In this document: positions 56,507 through 64,000 of the stretch, piece after piece
How the letters are laid out: every line of letters begins with the position of its first letter
Position numbering within the stretch: the stretch's first letter is position 1
NCBI GenBank assembly: GCA_015059065.1
Contig: SVBE01000001.1
Coordinates: 133,905 to 197,904, forward strand
Length of the DNA: 64,000 nt
From: Erysipelotrichaceae bacterium
GTDB taxonomy: Bacteria > Bacillota_I > Bacilli_A > RFN20 > CAG-826
Direction of reading: 5' to 3'
Notes under the pieces: generated by a model
Databases searched by the model: none
What the model saw: only the letters and a program-made list of their open reading frames with translations
What the model was told of the DNA's origin: nothing
Position numbers and translations under genes: made by a program

Positions 56507-58340
56507 AGGACACTTTTTCAATGACAGTCGCACCAAATTCGTTATTGATATTAACAGTGATGCTACCATTTCTCATCGTATATGTTGCGCCATTGACTAA
56601 ATCTTTATAAGTACCATTTTCTAAATTAGAGATGGATAAAGTGACATTGCCGCTGCCGTTGACACTGACGATAGTGGCGCCACATCCATTAGCGCCATGT
56701 CTAGCTACATAAGCGACATTATTAGATGAAGCAACTGTTTCATTGTTGCTGCCCATATCATTCTTTAATTTATTAACAGCGGAGATGAGTTTATTCTTAT
56801 AATTATCGTTTTGGGTTTCGCCAGAAGCGAGTTTACCGTTCCAATTTGGACGGGCGAAATATAAGCCACGCGCTCCTTTTCTAGAAGCGACTAAAGCATA
56901 GGCTTTATCGACATTAGTTTGGCTAGAATTCTTTGAAGATCCATCATCATTCATATATGTATCATGAGATTCGCCCCAAAGAACGAGCTTATCGGAACTC
57001 ATATTAGTTTCGTAATGAGAATTTGCTGCACCTCCAGCATCACCGTTTTGAATCTTGGCTAGGATGTTATTACCTGTTCGATTGTCAGTGATCGCATCTA
57101 AGATATTGGTGTAATAATCAAATGGGACACCCGCACAGTTATCAAGGATTTCTCCATACATATATAATTTTTTACTATATTTTTTGTTTGCGTATGTATA
57201 GGCCTCACTCGCGGTGTTAGTCCAGAATGAGCTTTTCACTTGATCATTATCAAATGGAGTTTCGATGTGTTTAGCAGCATCGAATCTGAATCCGTCCACC
57301 CCGTTATCCACAAGTTCTTTTAAATATGTACAAACTTCGTTTTGGACGATAGAGTTACCCGTATTGAGTTCAGGATAACCACCGAGACGTAAATGAGTGA
57401 CATCATAACGATTATTCCAGTTATGACATTGATCAACGGAACGGAATGCTTCGTTTTTTGCACTCCAAATCGCTGGTTCATATTGGGCGATTGCTCCATT
57501 TGGAGTATTACCGTCTCCTCCCATGTGGTTAGCGACGACATCGACGATAATTTTGATATTGAGCTTATGAGCAGCAGTGGTTAATGATTTCAAATCATTA
57601 GCATTACCTAAATAATAATTACTAGTTGGGAGATTAAAGGATAGTGGTTGATATAATTTCCACCAATCACGTGTGCTGCTTTCTCCATAATAATCTTTTG
57701 GTTGTTGAAGTGGAGAAGTTTGAATTGCAGTATATCCCGCTTTCGCGATATCGTTTAAGCGATTCTTAATGATGCCTAAATTCCAGTCAAAGGCATGGAA
57801 GATATTGCCGTATTCGGTATTTGTCGTAGGAGTGATCGGATCAACTGGATCATCGCCTCCTCCTTCACCTGGATCTAAATCAGGCATCGTATCATTCTTT
57901 AATAAAGAATCGTTGTAATACCAATAGGCACCTGCTCCATTAATTGGCATACCAGAATGACTTGTTTGTTGACCATTTGGTCCAGTATTTAAGATGATAG
58001 AGAAAGAGAGATTCTCTTTATTAAAATCATATGTTAACCAATTTTCATCATAGGTGACTAGTGGAGTACCTGGCCAACCTCCGAGAAGAGGGTTATCGTT
58101 TTCTTCCCAAGCATAAATATATTTATATTCGACGAGGTTGGTATTTTTACTGACGAACACCTTGACGTGATCGAGGTTAGAAAAATCTGGTTGTGAGGAT
58201 TTCTCACTTCCGGACTTTTGTGATGTAGATCCACTATGTGAATCGCTGTTTGATGGGCTAGAACTAGATGCTGGGGTTGCACAGGAAAATAGCAACGACG
58301 AAACACTAGTCATTAAAAATAAAATCTTTTGTGTCTTCAT
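56505..58340 (-). CDS. Secreted lipoprotein alpha-amylase (GH13) with an N-terminal starch-binding-like module
   Basis: The lipobox is LLFSC. GH13 regions are DVVANHMG, GFRFDAAKH, YGEILD and WGESHD. The N-terminal YAW..GGWPG motif is present. Confidence 0.9.
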   Translation of the reverse strand: MKTQKILFLMTSVSSLLFSCATPASSSSPSNSDSHSGSTSQKSGSEKSSQPDFSNLDHVKVFVSKNTNLVEYKYIYAWEENDNPLLGGWPGTPLVTYDENWLTYDFNKENLSFSIILNTGPNGQQTSHSGMPINGAGAYWYYNDSLLKNDTMPDLDPGEGGGDDPVDPITPTTNTEYGNIFHAFDWNLGIIKNRLNDIAKAGYTAIQTSPLQQPKDYYGESSTRDWWKLYQPLSFNLPTSNYYLGNANDLKSLTTAAHKLNIKIIVDVVANHMGGDGNTPNGAIAQYEPAIWSAKNEAFRSVDQCHNWNNRYDVTHLRLGGYPELNTGNSIVQNEVCTYLKELVDNGVDGFRFDAAKHIETPFDNDQVKSSFWTNTASEAYTYANKKYSKKLYMYGEILDNCAGVPFDYYTNILDAITDNRTGNNILAKIQNGDAGGAANSHYETNMSSDKLVLWGESHDTYMNDDGSSKNSSQTNVDKAYALVASRKGARGLYFARPNWNGKLASGETQNDNYKNKLISAVNKLKNDMGSNNETVASSNNVAYVARHGANGCGATIVSVNGSGNVTLSISNLENGTYKDLVNGATYTMRNGSITVNINNEFGATVIEKVS

Positions 58341-58449
58341 ACTAAAATCTTAACACCTTTATTCATTTTTAAAAGAATAACAATTGGTTTTTTATTTCTT
58401 ATCAGTCTCTTTCCCTTATTTAATCCTTTATATATTGTTTATAGTCAAA

Positions 58450-58476
58450 TTAGCACTTTTTGCTTGACAGTGCTAA
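58450..58476. promoter_or_regulatory. CIRCE operator (TTAGCACTT-N9-CAGTGCTAA) overlapping the hrcA -35
   Basis: It closely matches the consensus TTAGCACTC-N9-GAGTGCTAA. Confidence 0.8.
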
Positions 58477-58491
58477 CGAACTGCCTATAAT
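58464..58491 (+). promoter_or_regulatory. hrcA operon promoter (-35 TTGACA, 16-nt spacer, -10 TATAAT)
   Basis: Both hexamers are at consensus, read directly. Confidence 0.7.
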
Positions 58492-58495
58492 GAAA

Positions 58496-58522
58496 TTAGC
58501 ACTTGAGGATTAAAAGTGCCAA
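58496..58522. promoter_or_regulatory. Second, more degenerate CIRCE (TTAGCACTT-N9-AAGTGCCAA) in the hrcA 5' leader
   Basis: The left arm is intact. The right arm has 2-3 mismatches. Confidence 0.6.
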
Positions 58523-58535
58523 AGGGGGATAAGAT

Positions 58536-59579
58536 ATGCTGAATAGAAGCGACACAATACTTAAATATATTGTTGAATATTTTATCAAACATGCTCAGCC
58601 AGTCGGATCACATACATTGATTGAAGAATATGGTCTCAATTATTCCTCAGCGACCATTCGTAATGAGATGTACGCTCTTGAAAAGATGGGATATATTGAA
58701 AAGCCACATACCTCAAGCGGACGTGTTCCTTCCACTAAAGGATATAAATATTACTGCGAACACCTACGTGATAAATCCGTCTCTGATGAACTCAAAAATC
58801 AACTTCAATCAGTTCTCAATAAGAAGATTCAATCCGTTGAAGAGGTCTTAAAAGAGAGCTGTGAGATTCTCTCCCACATGACTTCCTTAGTCTCCGTGGT
58901 GATGGGACCAGATGAAAAGAGTGAAAAGCTTGCTTCTGTCCAGATGGTTAAAATCTCCGATAAATCCTTAACAGCGATCTTCGTCACTGATAAAGGATAT
59001 GTGGAAAATAAGACATTCATCGTTCCTGATAACATTGATACCGATGAAGTGGTCAACTGTGTCAAGCTCTTAAACGAGAGACTAGTGGGCACTCCAGTAG
59101 GGGAATTAGTCGGTAAGATTGAAGTCTTAAAACCATTGTTATCCGATTATGTCGTGAGTCACGACCTCATCTATCAAGCTTTGCTTGAAACATTCATGAG
59201 ATTCGCTTCTGACCGTTTATCGCTTTATGGGGAAGGTGAATTATTCTCCCACCCCGAATTTAAAAACGATTCGGAAAAGCTTATGAAGGTGATGAAGATG
59301 CTCAACAATGCATCCGTCTTCAAACAAGTGGAAAAGGATAATGATAATAAAGAACCATTATTCAAGATCGGTGAAGATATCGGTGATCCTGATGTCGGAG
59401 TGGTCTCCACGAAGATCAACCTCGGCAACGGGGAAACAAGCATCTGCTTAGTCGGTCCAAAAAGAATGGATTATGATGAAGCCTTAAGCGCACTTGAATA
59501 TATGCAACAGATGTTTGAGAAATACTTCCAAGGTGAAGACCTGGATGACGATGATAAAGGAGGTCATAATGATGCGTGA
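58536..59579 (+). CDS. hrcA: Heat-inducible transcription repressor HrcA
   Basis: PVGSHTLIEEYGLNYSSATIRNEMYALEKMGYIEKPHTSSGRVPS is present. Confidence 0.95.
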   Translation: MLNRSDTILKYIVEYFIKHAQPVGSHTLIEEYGLNYSSATIRNEMYALEKMGYIEKPHTSSGRVPSTKGYKYYCEHLRDKSVSDELKNQLQSVLNKKIQSVEEVLKESCEILSHMTSLVSVVMGPDEKSEKLASVQMVKISDKSLTAIFVTDKGYVENKTFIVPDNIDTDEVVNCVKLLNERLVGTPVGELVGKIEVLKPLLSDYVVSHDLIYQALLETFMRFASDRLSLYGEGELFSHPEFKNDSEKLMKVMKMLNNASVFKQVEKDNDNKEPLFKIGEDIGDPDVGVVSTKINLGNGETSICLVGPKRMDYDEALSALEYMQQMFEKYFQGEDLDDDDKGGHNDA

Positions 59580-60153
59580 AGAAGTAAATATTGAAGAAGA
59601 GGTAAAAGAAGAAGAACCTTCTAGTAAAGCTGATAAAAAAGCGAAGAAGAAGCTCGATGAAATATTAGAGAAATTAGCTAAGGCTAATGCTGATGTCGAA
59701 CATTGGAAAAATGAATATTATCGCGCTTATGCAGATACGAAGAATTTAAGAAACAAACTCGAGAAAGACTTCAAAGAAGCAATCAAATATCGCGTTGAAG
59801 GATTCGTCGATGAGTTACTACCAATCTTAGATAGCTTCGAATCAGTGCTTAAGCAAGAAGTGGAAGATCCTAATCTAAAGAATTATTTAGTGGGATTCCA
59901 ATACGTCTATAGAAACCTTCTCACAGTACTAGAAAACGAAGGTGTGAAAGCCTATTTACCAAAAGTCGATGATAAATTCGATCCAGCAACTATGGATGCG
60001 ATTGACACGATTGAAGGCGAAAAGGATAACATCGTCACCAAGGTATATGCGAGTGGCTATAAATTACATGATCACCTCATCAGACCGGCCAGAGTGCAGG
60101 TGAGCGTTATTAAAAAAGAAGAAAAGAAGCCGGAAGAAAAACTCGATGCGTAA
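59569..60153 (+). CDS. grpE: Nucleotide exchange factor GrpE
   Basis: The ATG at 59569 has GGAGG upstream. The product has a coiled-coil N-terminus and a C-terminal GYKLHDHLIRPARV. Confidence 0.95.
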   Translation: MMREEVNIEEEVKEEEPSSKADKKAKKKLDEILEKLAKANADVEHWKNEYYRAYADTKNLRNKLEKDFKEAIKYRVEGFVDELLPILDSFESVLKQEVEDPNLKNYLVGFQYVYRNLLTVLENEGVKAYLPKVDDKFDPATMDAIDTIEGEKDNIVTKVYASGYKLHDHLIRPARVQVSVIKKEEKKPEEKLDA

Positions 60154-60157
60154 ATAA

Positions 60158-61999
<1,842 letters not shown>

Positions 62000-62018
62000 T
62001 CGTTGTTAAAACTAAATA

Positions 62019-62038
62019 AGGGGCTTTATGCCCCTTTT
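62019..62038 (+). terminator. Hairpin AGGGGC-TTTAT-GCCCCT plus TTT between dnaK and dnaJ (partial terminator/attenuator)
   Basis: Read directly. Confidence 0.65.
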
Positions 62039-62063
62039 ACCCGATATATAGAAAGGAGCATTT

Positions 62064-63206
62064 ATGGCCGAAAAAAGAGATTATTATGAATCTTTGGGGA
62101 TAAATAAAAACGCGAGCAAAGATGAGATCAAATCCGCTTATCGTAAACTAGCTAAACAATATCACCCAGATAACAAAGAAACAGGCAATGCTGACAAATT
62201 CAAAGAGATACAAGAAGCCTATGATGTTCTTTATGATGATAAGAAGAGAAGCTTGTATGATCAATTTGGTCATGCAGCCTTTGAACAAGGCGCTGGCGGA
62301 GGAGCGGGTGGAAACCCATTCGGCGGTGGCTTTGGTGGCTTCCAGGATATGGGAGATATCAATTTAGGGGATATCTTTGGTCAATTCTTTGGCGGTGGTG
62401 CTCGTAGAAGCGCCAGAGCGAATACTGGACCAGTCCGTGGACGAGACCTTGCTATGCAAGTACAAGTCGACTTTATGGATGCCATTAACGGTAAAGTAGT
62501 GCAGGTTAATATCAATCACGATGAGACTTGTGAAGCTTGTCACGGCACTGGAGCTAAATCTCCAGATGCGATTAAGACTTGTCCAACCTGTAAAGGCAGT
62601 GGTCGCGTATTAAGACAACATCAATCCTTATTCGGAGTGATGCAAGAAGAAGTCGTCTGTCCACAGTGTAATGGCGCGGGTAAAATTATTACCGATAAAT
62701 GTCCATCCTGTGGAGGTAGAGGATTTAACAAAAAGAAGAAGACGATCAACCTCAATATCCGCGCGGGTATCAATACTGGTCAACAGCTCCGTCAACCAGG
62801 ATTTGGTGAACCAGGACTTAGAGGCGGACAACCTGGCGATATGTACTTCGAGATATTCGTTAAACCTCACCCATATTTCAAGCGTGAAGGCAATGATATT
62901 CATATCGATGTTCCAATCGATTTCGTCGATGCTATCTTAGGCACAACAGTGGAGATTCCAACAGTGTATGGGGATAAGTCATTAGCGATTCCCGCTGGCA
63001 CTCAACCAAATCAAATCTTGAGAATGAAAGGACATGGTGTGAAGGATGTAAGAACCGGTAAACCTGGTGATCAATACGTTCATCTCAACATCAAAATGCC
63101 AACAAATATCACAAGAGATCAGAAGCGAATTTTAGAAGAATATAAGAAGACGAGCAACGTCAACGACTCCTTCTTCCAAAAATTCATCAAAAACTTCAAA
63201 AAATAA
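62064..63206 (+). CDS. dnaJ: Co-chaperone DnaJ (J domain, G/F region, four CxxCxGxG zinc motifs)
   Basis: YHPD, CEACHGTG, CPTCKGSG, CPQCNGAG and CPSCGGRG are present. Confidence 0.97.
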   Translation: MAEKRDYYESLGINKNASKDEIKSAYRKLAKQYHPDNKETGNADKFKEIQEAYDVLYDDKKRSLYDQFGHAAFEQGAGGGAGGNPFGGGFGGFQDMGDINLGDIFGQFFGGGARRSARANTGPVRGRDLAMQVQVDFMDAINGKVVQVNINHDETCEACHGTGAKSPDAIKTCPTCKGSGRVLRQHQSLFGVMQEEVVCPQCNGAGKIITDKCPSCGGRGFNKKKKTINLNIRAGINTGQQLRQPGFGEPGLRGGQPGDMYFEIFVKPHPYFKREGNDIHIDVPIDFVDAILGTTVEIPTVYGDKSLAIPAGTQPNQILRMKGHGVKDVRTGKPGDQYVHLNIKMPTNITRDQKRILEEYKKTSNVNDSFFQKFIKNFKK

Positions 63207-63230
63207 AGACCCTATGGGTCTTTTTCTTTT
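63207..63230 (+). terminator. Rho-independent terminator of the dnaK operon
   Basis: AGACCC-TAT-GGGTCT followed by a T-run. Confidence 0.75.
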
Positions 63231-63236
63231 TCAAAA

Positions 63237-63292
63237 AAATTTCTGCGTCGAAAAATGCGATTTTTGCCCTCTTTATATATAGGAGGGTTTTT
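63237..63292 (+). repeat. Conserved intergenic element, type A, copy 2; its AGGAGG lies 6-7 nt before the next ATG
   Basis: Sequence: AAATTTCTGCGTCGAAAAATGCGATTTTTGCCCTCTTTATATATAGGAGGGTTTTT. It differs from copy 1 by 2 substitutions plus the T-run length. Confidence 0.85.
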
Positions 63293-64000
63293 ATGTTTTA
63301 TGTCCTACAAGAAGATAATTATGACTGCGGATTCACATGCTTGAAGGTCTTGCTCGCGAATGTGAATAAGGATGTTAATTATCTTTACTTACAAAATCCT
63401 AAAAAAGAAAAAGAGGTCTATTCTTATTATGAGCTTATGGAATACGCTTCTAACTTAGGATTTACTTTATCGGCTTATCTGATAAAGGAGAAAAATGAAC
63501 TGCGTTTAGATGATGGTTTACCGATGCTATTTTCCACCTCTATCGATAGTAAAGCTCATATGCTTCTTGTTTATAAGATCAATAAGAAGTACGTCTATTA
63601 TTTTGATCCCCATATTGGAAAGAAGAAGATGGAGAAGAATCGTTTTATCGAAATATGGGATGGGGGTTTATTAAAACTCGATGACTTTAAGAAGATTCCC
63701 TGTATTAAAAAAGCAAAAAGATTATTATCAAAAAAAGAAGAATTAATGATGGATATTTTTGAAATATTAGCCTGTCTATGTTTGACTTCTGGATTATGCT
63801 TTATCAATGAAAAATATCCATTTTATCTACCGATTATCATGTTCGCCTCTTTTGCGATATTTGAAATCTTATTAAGAAGCTACTGTCTATATGTTTATAA
63901 GAAGATTGATGAACGAACATATAATAGTGACCTCAAAGTGAAGCAAGGGAAAATGAAAGATTTCTATATGACCTTAGAAAACAATAAGAGACTTGAGGTC
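63293..64000 (+). CDS. C39-peptidase-domain protein followed by TM segments (N-terminal part of a bacteriocin/peptide-type exporter); runs off the window and is not in the ORF track
   Basis: My translation is MFYVLQEDNYDCGFTCLKVLL..SKAHMLLVYK..YYFDPHIG, giving Q-x5-C, H and D in C39 order. Hydrophobic helices follow. No stop occurs before 64000. Confidence 0.7.
   Translation, partial: MFYVLQEDNYDCGFTCLKVLLANVNKDVNYLYLQNPKKEKEVYSYYELMEYASNLGFTLSAYLIKEKNELRLDDGLPMLFSTSIDSKAHMLLVYKINKKYVYYFDPHIGKKKMEKNRFIEIWDGGLLKLDDFKKIPCIKKAKRLLSKKEELMMDIFEILACLCLTSGLCFINEKYPFYLPIIMFASFAIFEILLRSYCLYVYKKIDERTYNSDLKVKQGKMKDFYMTLENNKRLEV

Overview
This 64 kb window comes from a low-GC, compact Firmicutes/Mollicutes-type chromosome (Acholeplasma- or Erysipelotrichia-like by gene content). 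It uses the standard genetic code: TGA ends hrcA and the M6-like peptidase gene. I support about 60 protein genes. I found no rRNA, tRNA, CRISPR array, transposase or integrase.

The backbone is housekeeping:
- ppiB, fba, nrdG / trxB-like / nrdD, mscL, potABCD
- pyrG-glnA-glmS, typA, T-box-alaS-ruvX, greA
- comEA-comEC, holA, rpsT, fmt, lepA, hemW, hrcA-grpE-dnaK-dnaJ

The stretch from comE to dnaJ keeps the classical Bacillus-type order, which makes the insertions easy to see.

Most notable observations:
1. A four-copy conserved intergenic element of about 55-60 nt. Its AGGAGG end always faces a gene start: comEA, a C39-peptidase exporter gene, and two toxin-antitoxin operons. In the comEA copy the Shine-Dalgarno (SD) sits inside the greA terminator hairpin.
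2. A 3.5 kb segment bracketed by ~58 nt direct repeats. It carries an XRE regulator with no canonical start codon, a collagen-like / Listeria-Bacteroides-repeat / GLUG surface lipoprotein, and an untracked 47-aa zinc-ribbon ORF.
3. A class III ribonucleotide reductase (RNR) fused to a thioredoxin-fold domain. It is translationally coupled to a TrxB-like flavoprotein that lacks the NADPH motifs.
4. Several unusual domain architectures:
   - a PD-(D/E)xK nuclease fused to a DinG-type helicase
   - an adenylation domain fused to a carrier domain
   - a Fic-like protein with a degenerate motif
   - a DnaB C-terminal-only ATPase
   - an adenosine-deaminase homolog with substituted metal ligands
   - an orphan HTH-MNT nucleotidyltransferase
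5. Paired CIRCE operators on both the hsp20 and hrcA promoters.

All calls come from reading the sequence and the ORF track; no database search was run. Hand-counted coordinates of small sites may be off by 1-3 nt.
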